Positions 26,240-35,799 are shown, counted from the first letter of the stretch. The stretch: DNA of 61,578 nt from an uncultured Clostridia bacterium (GCA_944388705.1 CALXJU010000004.1:1-61578); one strand, 5' to 3'. The notes: a model not told the origin generated them from the sequence alone. A program made the numbers and translations.

Positions 26240-26650
26240 CTATATATTTTTTACTAGTGTTTCAATCATTACATTTTCATTATTTTTTCCTTGTTTATAT
26301 GTTATTTCTACTTTTAATGTTTTTACAACTCCTCCATTTTGATAATCTTCAATTAATATTTTATAAGAATATCCATTTGGAATACTTATTTCTTTAGATG
26401 CTAAATTATTTAATTCTTCTATTGTCATTTGATTCTCTTCTGTTGATACTAAGTCATTAAAATTAGTTACTTTTAATGCTTCTATTATTTCTATTGCTAA
26501 ATTAGTTGCTCTAGTTTTCCTTTCTACTCTTGCTGATGTGGATGCCAAATTATAAAATAATCCTGTTATTAATCCAAGAAATACTATTATTACTACTGTT
26601 GCTATTGCTACATCTACACCTGTAAAGCCTCTTTCATCTTTTATTTTCAT
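26240..26650 (-). CDS. pilin-like protein (minor pilin candidate), Asp at +5
   Basis: MKIKDERG/FTGVDVAIATVVIIVFLGLI leader followed by a hydrophobic helix. Confidence 0.6.
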   Translation of the reverse strand: MKIKDERGFTGVDVAIATVVIIVFLGLITGLFYNLASTSARVERKTRATNLAIEIIEALKVTNFNDLVSTEENQMTIEELNNLASKEISIPNGYSYKILIEDYQNGGVVKTLKVEITYKQGKNNENVMIETLVKNI

Positions 26651-26664
26651 TTTAGTCTCCTTTT

Positions 26665-27474
26665 CTAAAATACAAAGTAATAAGTTATAAATGTTTTTAT
26701 AAAAAGTATTATAATATTACTTGCCCCTATATAAAATCCAAATGGTATTTCTGAAATCTTTAATTTTTTATTTCCTGTTTTCTTTTGATTTATTTTTCTA
26801 ATTAATGCATATATCAATATTGCAATTGTTGCCATTATTATTGTTAATATAAATATTTCTGTTTCTGTAAATACAAATATCACATTTAAATACATTAATA
26901 AATTTATTATATAACTATCTTTTGCATAATTTCTTAATAGTATTGTATCAATTGTTAATAATATTACATATATTGCTAGATATATAGCATATCTATATAT
27001 ACTAGTTTCTCCTATTGTATATAGATATATCATATATAATATTGATATGATTATTCCATATGCAAGGACTGATTTATTTATCTTTATATATTCTTTATCT
27101 ATTCCTGATATTAATATTACTGCTGTTATATATAGTGTTGTCAATGTAAATAGTATTAAAGATTGTATATTTAAGTTTTCTATATTGATTCTTAGAGCTA
27201 ATGCTAATACAACAAATATTATTCCACCTAATATCTCTAATATCAAATATCTTATTCTTATTTTTTGTTTACAATTTTTACATTTACCACCTAAAAATAT
27301 ATAACTTAATACTGGAATCAGTTCAAAAAATCCTAATTTATGATTACAATTAGGACAATATGAGTGTTTTTTTATTATATCTATATTTTTTGGAATTCTA
27401 TATACAGCTAATGTGTAAAAACTCCCAAATAATGTTCCAATTATAAATATTATTGCATATAAAAATATGTTCAT
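26665..27474 (-). CDS. pilD: prepilin peptidase (A24 family) PilD
   Basis: CPNCNHKL...GKCKNCKQKI zinc motif, then a polytopic membrane domain. Confidence 0.85.
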   Translation of the reverse strand: MNIFLYAIIFIIGTLFGSFYTLAVYRIPKNIDIIKKHSYCPNCNHKLGFFELIPVLSYIFLGGKCKNCKQKIRIRYLILEILGGIIFVVLALALRINIENLNIQSLILFTLTTLYITAVILISGIDKEYIKINKSVLAYGIIISILYMIYLYTIGETSIYRYAIYLAIYVILLTIDTILLRNYAKDSYIINLLMYLNVIFVFTETEIFILTIIMATIAILIYALIRKINQKKTGNKKLKISEIPFGFYIGASNIIILFIKTFITYYFVF

Positions 27475-27509
27475 TTCCTTGCCCTTCTTTAGTTTAGTTT
27501 TATATTATT

Positions 27510-27539
27510 ACAGGCATATACTTTATTGTATATGCCTGT
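27510..27539 (-). terminator. 12-bp hairpin after the major pilin gene (attenuator or RNA-stabiliser candidate)
   Basis: ACAGGCATATAC/GTATATGCCTGT perfect stem with a 6-nt loop; no strong T-run. Confidence 0.45.
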
Positions 27540-27552
27540 TGTAGTTTTATAG

Positions 27553-28074
27553 TTATTTCATTAGTCTATCTCCGCCATTATATGTATATTCAAATGTAAC
27601 ATCATTTGCACTTATTGTAATTTCAGCAGTTATTGGTGACATAGTTACACCTGCTACTGTTTTACCACTTTGGAATTGTGAATCAGAATATGTTATTGTA
27701 ATAACATGAGATGCTAATTCTACAGTATAACAATCTTCATCATCAATTAATGTTGAATCTGTTATTGTTCCTGGTGCTGTAAGTCCTAAGTCTGTAATTA
27801 TTCTTTTTACAATTTCTGCTTCAGAAGTTGCTGATGTTGAATCATATTCTGGATCTATAGTTGATTTTGATAAAACGATAGTTTTGGCTGAATTAACTGC
27901 CATTTCAATATCTGTTCTTACATCTCCTTCTGTATTTGCAGCTGTTGACTTTTGTGCATTTGTTATAATACCATTTTCACCTGTTAACATTGCTATTGAT
28001 GTTCCTGCTAAGATTAATAAAACTACGATTGTAACAACTAATGCGATTAGTGTTATACCTTTTTGATTTTTCAT
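27553..28074 (-). CDS. major pilin candidate (PilA-like), Ala at +5
   Basis: MKNQKG/ITLIALVVTIVVLLILAG leader. The gene is set apart by a 178-nt upstream gap and a downstream hairpin. Confidence 0.65.
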   Translation of the reverse strand: MKNQKGITLIALVVTIVVLLILAGTSIAMLTGENGIITNAQKSTAANTEGDVRTDIEMAVNSAKTIVLSKSTIDPEYDSTSATSEAEIVKRIITDLGLTAPGTITDSTLIDDEDCYTVELASHVITITYSDSQFQSGKTVAGVTMSPITAEITISANDVTFEYTYNGGDRLMK

Positions 28075-28252
28075 AATAAAATATCTCCCTTCTTTTTCTT
28101 CTGTTTTAACAGAATATTTTTATTTAAATATAAAATTTTAATAACTTAATTTTAGTAAGATAAATTATGAATTTATCTTGAGTATTTTTTAGAAAGTTTC
28201 CCCCCTTTTCTTTTGAATTTCTTTTGTATATATTTAAAATTTAAATATAACC

Positions 28253-28675
28253 TTATTTACTTGATGGATTTTCAAATAATGAACCTCCTGTACCATTGTT
28301 AGATGTTCCTCCATTTGAGTTTCCACTACCTCCTGTATTTCCTGTGTTGTCTCCATTTCCTGGTTCAGTAGGTTCTGATGATACTATAGAAAATGGATTT
28401 GCCTTTCCTGGATTATATTCATTTGTTCTTTCAAAATTGTCTAAGTCTGATGCTGTTATTTCATATGTCATAAGTATTTCTGAAGAATTGTCTTCTACTT
28501 CTGAATTTAATTGTGTTTTTATATCTGCACTCGGAGTATATTCTACACTTTCTGGCACTACTTTATTTGCTGGAATATAATTATATAATGCTACACTCAA
28601 TATTAATAATACCGCTAAACATACTAAAAGTGATATTATTGTTTCTCTAATTATTACTTTTGCCATACTTTTCAT
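28253..28675 (-). CDS. single-pass membrane protein of the pilus cluster with a G/N/S/T-rich tail
   Basis: N-terminal TM segment IISLLVCLAVLLILSVALY; C-terminal GNGDNTGNTGGSGNSNGGTSNNGTGGS. Confidence 0.5.
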   Translation of the reverse strand: MKSMAKVIIRETIISLLVCLAVLLILSVALYNYIPANKVVPESVEYTPSADIKTQLNSEVEDNSSEILMTYEITASDLDNFERTNEYNPGKANPFSIVSSEPTEPGNGDNTGNTGGSGNSNGGTSNNGTGGSLFENPSSK

Positions 28676-28684
28676 TACTCCTTT

Positions 28685-29446
28685 CTATTGTGTATTTGTA
28701 TTACTTGTATTTGAGGTATTTGTATTTCTTGCATTTGTATTAGTGTTTGAATTTGAATTTGTGTTTGTATTTGTACTAGTATTTGAATTTGTGTTAGTGT
28801 TTGTATTACCTGTACTAGAATCTGTATTGTTTCCTATACTTGTAGAATTTGAACTTGTTACATCTGTTATATTAATTTTTATATCTTTACATGTAAATGT
28901 TCCTACTAATACATCTGTTGTTTCACCTGCTACAAGCTTAAAGTTTTCAATTTTAAATACTAAAGTAGAGTCTCTTTCAACATCATATAAGAAATCAACT
29001 ATTTGTATGTATCCTCCTGTAACTGTAAATTTTAAATCATATGTTTTACTAACAGAATTATTTAGTGTTACATCCATTTTTAAGTCTACACCTTGTGCTT
29101 TAGCATGATTTCCCATTGCTACCCATATTTTTTCCATTTCGTATTCTTGTATTTTATTTATAGGTTGACCATTTTCGTCTACACCTAAAGCTAATATTTG
29201 CTCATAATTTTCTTTTTCTGCAACTAATTTTTTATACGCCCCTTCTAATGTTGTAATTTCAGAAGGATATTGTGTAGTTCGCAATTTTGAAGCTTTGTCT
29301 ATTTTTGATTCTAAAATTTCATTTTCCTCTTTAATTGCAGGAATACTATTAATTTTTAATCCTCCTAATTCAATTCCATATACTGCTGTATATACAGCAA
29401 GTGCTAATAATAATATTACTAATAATCCTAATAAAATCTTTCTCAT
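28685..29446 (-). CDS. PilO-like pilus assembly protein with an (N/T/S)-repeat tail
   Basis: N-terminal TM segment plus coiled coil, in the position after pilMN; C-terminal NTNTNTNSNTSTNTNTNSNSNTNTN. Confidence 0.5.
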   Translation of the reverse strand: MRKILLGLLVILLLALAVYTAVYGIELGGLKINSIPAIKEENEILESKIDKASKLRTTQYPSEITTLEGAYKKLVAEKENYEQILALGVDENGQPINKIQEYEMEKIWVAMGNHAKAQGVDLKMDVTLNNSVSKTYDLKFTVTGGYIQIVDFLYDVERDSTLVFKIENFKLVAGETTDVLVGTFTCKDIKINITDVTSSNSTSIGNNTDSSTGNTNTNTNSNTSTNTNTNSNSNTNTNARNTNTSNTSNTNTQ

Positions 29447-31056
29447 GGTAAATCACCTTCTATCGTAACAATTATCATACCACCTTGTTTCATACTGCTT
29501 CCTGAAACAACATTTTGAAGTATATTTTCTGTTTTTAATCTTGTTTTAAAATATCCTAATCCTGGATAGGTTGGAGATTGTGCCACTATTACAATATGTT
29601 TTCCAGTAGTATTTTCTATTGATGTAAGTTGTACACTTTCATCTATTACCTGCATTATCTGATTTAATAAATTTGGTATTAGATTTTTACTTGCATTCAT
29701 ATCACTTATTTTATTATTTACTTCTTCAAGGTCTGAAATTAATGTACTATATTCTGTTGTTTTATTATTTAATGTAGTAGTATCTTTTTGAACTCTTGAT
29801 ATCTGTGCATTAATTTTATTTGTTACACTATCTACTTCTTCTTTTTTATCTTGTATCTGACCTGTTAATAAAATTGAAAATCCACTAAAAATTACAATAA
29901 ATATAACTAGTGATATTATCCCTCTTACTAGCCCCATTTCTTGTTTAGATAATCTATCTCCAAAATCATTAAAATTAAAACTTGAGCCTGAAGACTTTTT
30001 AACTGGTTTTCCACTTTCTTTGGAACCTTTTGTAAATAATCCTTCACTAAATGAAGCTTTTTTAAAATTAATTCCTTTTATTCCCTCTCCTAGCCCTGAT
30101 AATGCTAATGATATAGCTGAATTTACTTCAACATATTCTTTTATATTAACTTCTTTTACAAGCCCTTGTACAAAATATGGTTTTAATATTTCACATTTTA
30201 CTTTTCCTAAATATTCTTGGAAATATAAATCTATATTATTTACACATGAAAGTGTTCCTGTAATATATACCTTATTTATTGTATCTGTACTTTCATTTAT
30301 AATCTTTTGTACTTGTCCAACTATATTGTATAATGTTGGCATTATATCTTCTAAATATCTGCTTTGTTCTTCGACAAAATCTTGTACCTCTGCTGTATAT
30401 ATTGTAGTGTTTTGACATATCTCATACGCTTTTGAATAAGAATTTTCTTTTAAATTTATTTTTTCAAGAATTTCTTTACTTCCTTCATCTAATGTTGTAA
30501 TTTCATATACGTTTCCATCTATAACTGTTGTTATTGTTGTTTTGCCCTCTATATTAACAATCAGTGCATTTTCTTTAGGTGGAAAATTGATTAGATTTGG
30601 TATAGACATTGATACTGGTGCAATTGTCCCAACACGATACCCATCTAATCTTTGCTGGATTTTATTTAGTTCAATTTTATTCTCACTTATATTTATTACT
30701 TTTAACTTTTCTTTATCATCAGCATTATTAACTATTGCATATCTTGTTTCTAATGAATTTGGATTATATCCTTTTTCGTTACAATATGTTTCAAATTCTA
30801 ATCTAATAGCTTTTTCCAAATCTTTTTTATTTAGTAGTGAGAACATGTTAAAATATTGATAAGTCTCTTCTGATAAATTAACACTTATCGGGGTTTTATA
30901 ACTATAAGTTTCTTCAACAATCTGTTTAATTGCTTGAGATATATTAGAATAAAACTTAACACCAAAAGAATCGATTTTTATATTTTCTTTTTCTTTTGAA
31001 ACTTTTGCGTATTTAATTAAATTGTCTTCTATATACAATCCTAAATAACTTGGCAT
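29443..31056 (-). CDS. PilM-PilN fusion protein
   Basis: The N-terminal 340 aa or so are actin-like PilM (MPSYLGLYIEDNLIKYAKV). A TM segment (GIISLVIFIVIFSGFSILL) and a coiled-coil PilN-like region follow. ATGA overlap with the next gene. Confidence 0.65.
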   Translation of the reverse strand: MPSYLGLYIEDNLIKYAKVSKEKENIKIDSFGVKFYSNISQAIKQIVEETYSYKTPISVNLSEETYQYFNMFSLLNKKDLEKAIRLEFETYCNEKGYNPNSLETRYAIVNNADDKEKLKVINISENKIELNKIQQRLDGYRVGTIAPVSMSIPNLINFPPKENALIVNIEGKTTITTVIDGNVYEITTLDEGSKEILEKINLKENSYSKAYEICQNTTIYTAEVQDFVEEQSRYLEDIMPTLYNIVGQVQKIINESTDTINKVYITGTLSCVNNIDLYFQEYLGKVKCEILKPYFVQGLVKEVNIKEYVEVNSAISLALSGLGEGIKGINFKKASFSEGLFTKGSKESGKPVKKSSGSSFNFNDFGDRLSKQEMGLVRGIISLVIFIVIFSGFSILLTGQIQDKKEEVDSVTNKINAQISRVQKDTTTLNNKTTEYSTLISDLEEVNNKISDMNASKNLIPNLLNQIMQVIDESVQLTSIENTTGKHIVIVAQSPTYPGLGYFKTRLKTENILQNVVSGSSMKQGGMIIVTIEGDLP

Positions 31057-31097
31057 TTTGTCCCCCTCGTTCTAAAAAATAAATTACACTTACTTTT

Positions 31098-31125
31098 ATT
31101 TTATCTTTTTTAGACAAAAAGTCAA
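31098..31125 (-). promoter_or_regulatory. sigma-A promoter for the pilus operon
   Basis: Minus strand TTGACT-16 nt-TAAAAT. Confidence 0.5.
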
Positions 31126-31140
31126 TACTTTTGATTAAAA

Positions 31141-31234
31141 TGTAATCTAATTGTATTTTTTGTAATATTTTTGTAATATAATTGTAATATATTTTTGTAT
31201 ATTTATTCATTTTCTGGGAAATACTGTTTGTAAT
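31141..31234. promoter_or_regulatory. phased array of TTGTAAT(AT) direct repeats in the pilM/spoVAC divergent region
   Basis: TGTAAT at 31141, 31161, 31172, 31183 and 31229, with variants at 31152 (TGTATT) and 31196 (TGTATA). Spacing in the core is mostly 9-13 bp. Confidence 0.5.
31197..31225 (+). promoter_or_regulatory. candidate forespore (sigma-F/G type) promoter for spoVA
   Basis: GTATA-15 nt-GGAAATACT fits the recalled sigma-F pattern GywTA-15-GGnrAnAnTw. Confidence 0.3.
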
Positions 31235-31254
31235 ATAATCTTTAGGAGGTAATT

Positions 31255-31698
31255 ATGAAACCATTAGATTCAAAAAAAGAGTATCAGAATTATGTGGAAC
31301 AAAAGTCTCCAAATTCTCCTATATGGAAGAATTGTTTTAATGCTTTTTGGGTTGGAGGTCTTATCTGTTCTATCGGCCAAATTATAATGAGTATATGTAA
31401 ATCTAAAGGATTTTCTGTAGAAATTTCTGGAACTATAGTTTCCATAACTTTAATTGCTCTTAGCGCTTTTCTTACTGGACTTAATATTTTCAATAAAATC
31501 GGAAAATTTGCAGGTGCTGGTTCTTTAATTCCTATAACTGGTTTTGCAAATTCGATTGTTTCTCCTGCTATGGAATATAAATCAGAAGGATATGTCATGG
31601 GTGTTGGTGGAAAAATGTTTACTGTTGCTGGTCCTGTTCTTGTTTTTGGTATTTCTGCTTCAATTATTGTGGGACTTATTTATTTTATATTCATTTAG
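31255..31698 (+). CDS. spoVAC: stage V sporulation protein AC
   Basis: 147 aa membrane protein (NAFWVGGLICSIGQ); adjacent to spoVAD and spoVAEb. Confidence 0.88.
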   Translation: MKPLDSKKEYQNYVEQKSPNSPIWKNCFNAFWVGGLICSIGQIIMSICKSKGFSVEISGTIVSITLIALSAFLTGLNIFNKIGKFAGAGSLIPITGFANSIVSPAMEYKSEGYVMGVGGKMFTVAGPVLVFGISASIIVGLIYFIFI

Positions 31699-31832
31699 GG
31701 AAATTTGGGGACGGTTCTCTTTTTTCCAAAAGGGAAATTTGGGGACGGTTCTTAAATTGCCAAAAAGGAAAAAAGAGAACCGTCCCCATTTTACCCAAAA
31801 GGAAAAATTGGGACAGACATTAAATTTGAAAG
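31698..31832 (+). repeat. family A repeat, copy A2 (two inverted plus two forward units) between spoVAC and spoVAD
   Basis: GGGAAATTTGGGGACGGTTCTC occurs twice, followed by GAGAACCGTCCCC and then TTGGGACAGAC...GAAAGG. The GGGGACGGTTCT/GAGAACCGTCCCC pair can form a hairpin. Confidence 0.85.
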
Positions 31833-31843
31833 GTAGGTAATCT

Positions 31844-32845
31844 ATGAAAAAGTTAGGAAAACAAACTATAAAATTTGATAATCCTCCATGTATAACAGAA
31901 GTTGCTTCTATTGTTGGTCCAAAAGAGGCAAATGGCCCTCTTGCAAAATATTTTGACCAATGCTTAGAAGATGAATTTTGGGGAGAAAAAACATGGGAGA
32001 AATCAGAAAGTAAAATTATAAAAGAAACTGTTAATATGGTAATTGCAAAATCAGGAATTCCAGTAAGTGATATTGAATATTGTTTTGCTGGTGATTTATT
32101 AAATCAGTGTATTTCTTCAAGTTTTGGATTAAGAGAACTTAATATGCCATTTTTAGGTATATTTGGTGCATGTTCTACTTTTGTAGAAGGCTTAAGTTTA
32201 GGTGCAATTATGATAGAAGCTTGTTCTCAAAATGTTTTATGTGCTGCTTCTAGTCATTTTTGTAGTGCTGAAAAACAATTTAGATTTCCTCTTGAATTAG
32301 GAAATCAACGTCCTCAAACATCACAATGGACTGTTACTGGTGCAGGTAGTGCTGTTTTATCAAAAAATGGTTCAGGCCCATATATAACTCATATTACTAG
32401 TGGAAAAATTGTTGATATGGGAATAAAAGATGCTAACAATATGGGTGCTGCTATGGCTCCTGCTGCTTTAGATACTTTAATTTGTCATTTTAAAGATACT
32501 GGTCGCAGTCCGAATTATTATGATGCAATTATTACTGGAGATCTTGGTCATGTTGGAAAAGAAATTTTAATTGAACTTGCTCAATCTCAAGGATATAATA
32601 TAAAATCTAATTATAATGATTGTGGGGTACTAATTTTTGATAGAGAAAAACAAGATACTCACTCTGGTGGAAGTGGTTGTGGTTGTTGTGCCACAGTTTT
32701 TTCTGGGTATTTCTTTAAACAATTGAAAGATAAAAAAATTAAAAGATTATTATTGATTGCTACTGGTGCATTAACTAATTCAACTTCTACACAACAAGGT
32801 GAGTCTATTCCGGGTATTGCACATGCAGTTAGTATTGAGATTTAA
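31844..32845 (+). CDS. spoVAD: stage V sporulation protein AD
   Basis: 333 aa thiolase-like fold (GIFGACSTF) with a typical SpoVAD N-terminus. Confidence 0.9.
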   Translation: MKKLGKQTIKFDNPPCITEVASIVGPKEANGPLAKYFDQCLEDEFWGEKTWEKSESKIIKETVNMVIAKSGIPVSDIEYCFAGDLLNQCISSSFGLRELNMPFLGIFGACSTFVEGLSLGAIMIEACSQNVLCAASSHFCSAEKQFRFPLELGNQRPQTSQWTVTGAGSAVLSKNGSGPYITHITSGKIVDMGIKDANNMGAAMAPAALDTLICHFKDTGRSPNYYDAIITGDLGHVGKEILIELAQSQGYNIKSNYNDCGVLIFDREKQDTHSGGSGCGCCATVFSGYFFKQLKDKKIKRLLLIATGALTNSTSTQQGESIPGIAHAVSIEI

Positions 32846-32862
32846 TTTTAGGAGGTGGTCTT

Positions 32863-33249
32863 ATGGATTGGTTACAAAATATTGATTGGTTTTCTATTTT
32901 AAAATGTTTTGTTACAGGTGGTTTAATTTGTGTTATTGGTCAAATTTTGATTGACAAAACAAAACTTACTCCTGCTAGAATTTTAGTTATTTTTGTTACA
33001 ACAGGTGTTATTCTAGGTGCTCTTGGAATATATCAATATATTGTTGATTTTGCTGGTGCAGGTGCTACAGTTCCTCTTACTGGTTTTGGATATAATTTAG
33101 CAAAAGGTGCTATTAAAGCTGTAAAAGAAGTTGGTATTCTTGGTGCTTTTACTGGTGGTGTTACTGCTGCTGCAGGAGGTATTGCTGCTGCTATCTTTTT
33201 TGGATACATCGCTTCTTTAATCTCCAAACCTAAAATGAAAAAAGAATAG
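32863..33249 (+). CDS. spoVAEb: stage V sporulation protein AEb
   Basis: 128 aa membrane protein (GGLICVIGQILID, GAGATVPLTGFG). Confidence 0.85.
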   Translation: MDWLQNIDWFSILKCFVTGGLICVIGQILIDKTKLTPARILVIFVTTGVILGALGIYQYIVDFAGAGATVPLTGFGYNLAKGAIKAVKEVGILGAFTGGVTAAAGGIAAAIFFGYIASLISKPKMKKE

Positions 33250-33250
33250 C

Positions 33251-33278
33251 TCTTATGGCAAAATAATTTGCCATAAGA
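33251..33278. terminator. bidirectional terminator between spoVA and guaB
   Basis: TCTTATGGCAAA/TTTGCCATAAGA perfect 12-bp stem with T-runs on both strands. Confidence 0.75.
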
Positions 33279-33292
33279 ACTATTTTTTTCAT

Positions 33293-34777
33293 TTACTTAA
33301 GTATAACATCATGTGCTCCGCCTTCTGTAATGCTAACACTTGATACATATGTTAATCTTGCTTTTTCATGTAATTCTGGTATTGTTATCGCACCACAGTT
33401 ACACATTGTAGATTTTATTTTAGCAACTGTTAATTGTAAATTATCTTTTAAAGAACCTGCATATGGAATATAAGAATCAACTCCTTCTTCAAATGAAAGT
33501 TTTTTATCTCCTCCCATATCATATCTTTGCCAATTTCTTGCTCTATTTGAACCTTCTCCCCAATATTCTTTTACATATGTTCCATCTATTTTTAGAACTC
33601 TTGTTGGACTTTCATCAAATCTAGCAAAATAACGTCCCATCATTACAAAATCTGCCCCTAATGCTAAAGCTATTGTAATATGATGGTCATGAACAATTCC
33701 CCCATCTGAGCATATTGGAATATAAATTCCTGTTTCTTTAAAATATTCATCACGTGCTTCTACTACATCTATTAAAGCACTTGCTTGTCCTCTACCAATT
33801 CCTTTTGTTTCTCTAGTTATACATATAGAGCCTCCACCAACTCCAACTTTAATGAAATCTGCTCCTGCTTCTGCAAGATATCTAAATCCTTCTTTATCTA
33901 CAACGTTTCCTGCTCCTATTTTTACATTATCTCCATATTTTTCTCTAACAAACTGAATTGTATTTTTTTGCCATACAGAAAATCCATCTGATGAATCTAT
34001 ACATAATATATCAACACCTGCTTCTACTAATGCTGGTATTCTTTGTTCATAATCTCTTGTGTTAATTCCTGCCCCTACTATATATCTTTTATTGTCATCT
34101 AATAATGAATTTGGATTATGTTTTCTTTCTTCATAGTCTTTTCTAAATACTAGATATCTTAAATTTCCTTCTTTTGTTAATATTGGTAAACATTCTTTTT
34201 TATTTTCCCAAATTATATCATTTGCTTCTGCTAATGTTGTTCCTTCTGGTGCCCATACTATTTTTTCAATTGGTGTCATAAAATTATCTATTGGAGCTTC
34301 CATATCATCTCTTGATATTCTATAGTCTTTATCTGTTACTAGTCCTAATAATTTTCCATTTTCTGTTCCATCTTCTGTTATCATTACTGTTGAATGCCCT
34401 GTTTTTTGAACTAATTCTCTTACTTCTCTTAATGTTGTTCCACTTTTTACATTTGAGTCACTTATTACAAATCCTGCTTTATGTTTTTTTACATTATGTA
34501 CCATTTTTGCTTGCGATTCTATTGATTGCGAACCATATATAAATGCAACTCCTCCTTCTCTTGCAAGTGCAATTCCCATTTCTTCTCCTGATACTGATTG
34601 CATTATTGCTGAAACCATTGGAACATTTGCTGAATATTTTGGTTCTTCTCCTTTTTTATATTTTACTAGTGGTGTTTTTAATGATACATTTGATGGTATA
34701 CATCTTTCATCTGTTAAATTAGGCAATAACAATAACTCATTAAATGTTCTTGATACATCTTCTAATATTTTTGCCAT
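33293..34777 (-). CDS. guaB: IMP dehydrogenase
   Basis: 494 aa with a CBS pair and the catalytic loop [12 protein letters not shown]. Confidence 0.85.
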   Translation of the reverse strand: MAKILEDVSRTFNELLLLPNLTDERCIPSNVSLKTPLVKYKKGEEPKYSANVPMVSAIMQSVSGEEMGIALAREGGVAFIYGSQSIESQAKMVHNVKKHKAGFVISDSNVKSGTTLREVRELVQKTGHSTVMITEDGTENGKLLGLVTDKDYRISRDDMEAPIDNFMTPIEKIVWAPEGTTLAEANDIIWENKKECLPILTKEGNLRYLVFRKDYEERKHNPNSLLDDNKRYIVGAGINTRDYEQRIPALVEAGVDILCIDSSDGFSVWQKNTIQFVREKYGDNVKIGAGNVVDKEGFRYLAEAGADFIKVGVGGGSICITRETKGIGRGQASALIDVVEARDEYFKETGIYIPICSDGGIVHDHHITIALALGADFVMMGRYFARFDESPTRVLKIDGTYVKEYWGEGSNRARNWQRYDMGGDKKLSFEEGVDSYIPYAGSLKDNLQLTVAKIKSTMCNCGAITIPELHEKARLTYVSSVSITEGGAHDVILK

Positions 34778-34779
34778 TT

Positions 34780-35376
34780 TTATTCTCCTTTCATTTTTTT
34801 ATTTATTATATCATATATTTGATACCAACTATATGTTCTTATAATGTTTTTTCCTAAAATATTTTCATTATAACTACAATTATATTTTATGACTGGGATT
34901 TTTTCTGATATATTTTTTATATTTGTTGGACTATCTTCAATCATTATTTCTACATTATTTTTTAAACATTGTTCTAATTTTTCTGAATCTGGTGTAAATA
35001 TTAATTTATCATATTCTATATTATTCTCATTTAACCATGTTTTTGTGATTTCTTGTGATTTACCATATTCTTCTTGTGGTAATCCTTCTTCATTTCTTGC
35101 TGTTATTATATATATTTTATTTCCTTCTTTTTTTAGTTTTTTTATTATTTCTGATGCAAATTCTCTTGGTGGATATTGTTTGAAATATTTTATTATATAT
35201 TTATTCCAGAATTTATTTTCTTGTTCTTCTGTCCAACTGAATTTTAATTTTTCCCAATATTCTTGTATATTTATTTTTAGATTTAAATTTTCTTCGATAC
35301 AAAATTTTGTACCATAATCTATTGCAAATCTTTCTAAATCTAGTAAAACTCCATCTATATCTATTCCTATGTTCAT
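34780..35376 (-). CDS. HAD-superfamily 5'(3')-deoxyribonucleotidase-like hydrolase
   Basis: [13 protein letters not shown] (DxDxV motif). Start at the second ATG behind GGAGG; the ORF extends to 35388. Confidence 0.6.
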   Translation of the reverse strand: MNIGIDIDGVLLDLERFAIDYGTKFCIEENLNLKINIQEYWEKLKFSWTEEQENKFWNKYIIKYFKQYPPREFASEIIKKLKKEGNKIYIITARNEEGLPQEEYGKSQEITKTWLNENNIEYDKLIFTPDSEKLEQCLKNNVEIMIEDSPTNIKNISEKIPVIKYNCSYNENILGKNIIRTYSWYQIYDIINKKMKGE

Positions 35377-35403
35377 ATTTGCCTCCATTTTTGTAACATA
35401 AAA

Positions 35404-35436
35404 AGGCCTTATTTTAATTTATTAAAATAAAGACCT
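35404..35436 (-). terminator. imperfect hairpin after rplT
   Basis: AGGTCTTTATTTTA/TAAAATAAGGCCT with a short T-run. Confidence 0.4.
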
Positions 35437-35448
35437 CCTTTTCTTTTT

Positions 35449-35799
35449 CTATGCATTTTTTGCTACTTTTGCTATTTCTTCAAATGCTTTTGGATCACTT
35501 ACAGCTATTTCTGCTAACATTTTTCTGTTTATTGTTACATTAGCTTTTTTTAATCCTGCTATTAATTTGCTATATGTTGTTCCATTCATTCTTGCTGCAG
35601 CATTTATTCTTGCTATCCATAATTTTCTGAAATTACTTTTTTTATCTTTTCTTCCAACATATGCATATGCTAATGATTTTAATACTGCTTGATTAGCATT
35701 TCTAAATCTATAGTGTTTTGCTCCATAATATCCTTTTGCTTGTTTTAATACTTTTTTATGTCTTCTTCTTGTTGTCATTGCTGATTTTACTCTTGCCAT
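35449..35799 (-). CDS. rplT: 50S ribosomal protein L20
   Basis: [26 protein letters not shown]. Confidence 0.95.
   Translation of the reverse strand: MARVKSAMTTRRRHKKVLKQAKGYYGAKHYRFRNANQAVLKSLAYAYVGRKDKKSNFRKLWIARINAAARMNGTTYSKLIAGLKKANVTINRKMLAEIAVSDPKAFEEIAKVAKNA

Noticed and set aside
28075-28252. c-di-GMP riboswitch upstream of the major pilin gene, as known for C. difficile pilA1.
   Set aside because: The 178-nt gap is almost pure A/T with only short hairpins. None of the GC-rich conserved riboswitch cores I recall are present.
31544-31840. 98-aa ORF overlapping the spoVAC 3' end and the intergenic repeat.
   Set aside because: It is out of frame with spoVAC and its second half is a translation of family A repeat units. 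It has no RBS or start context.
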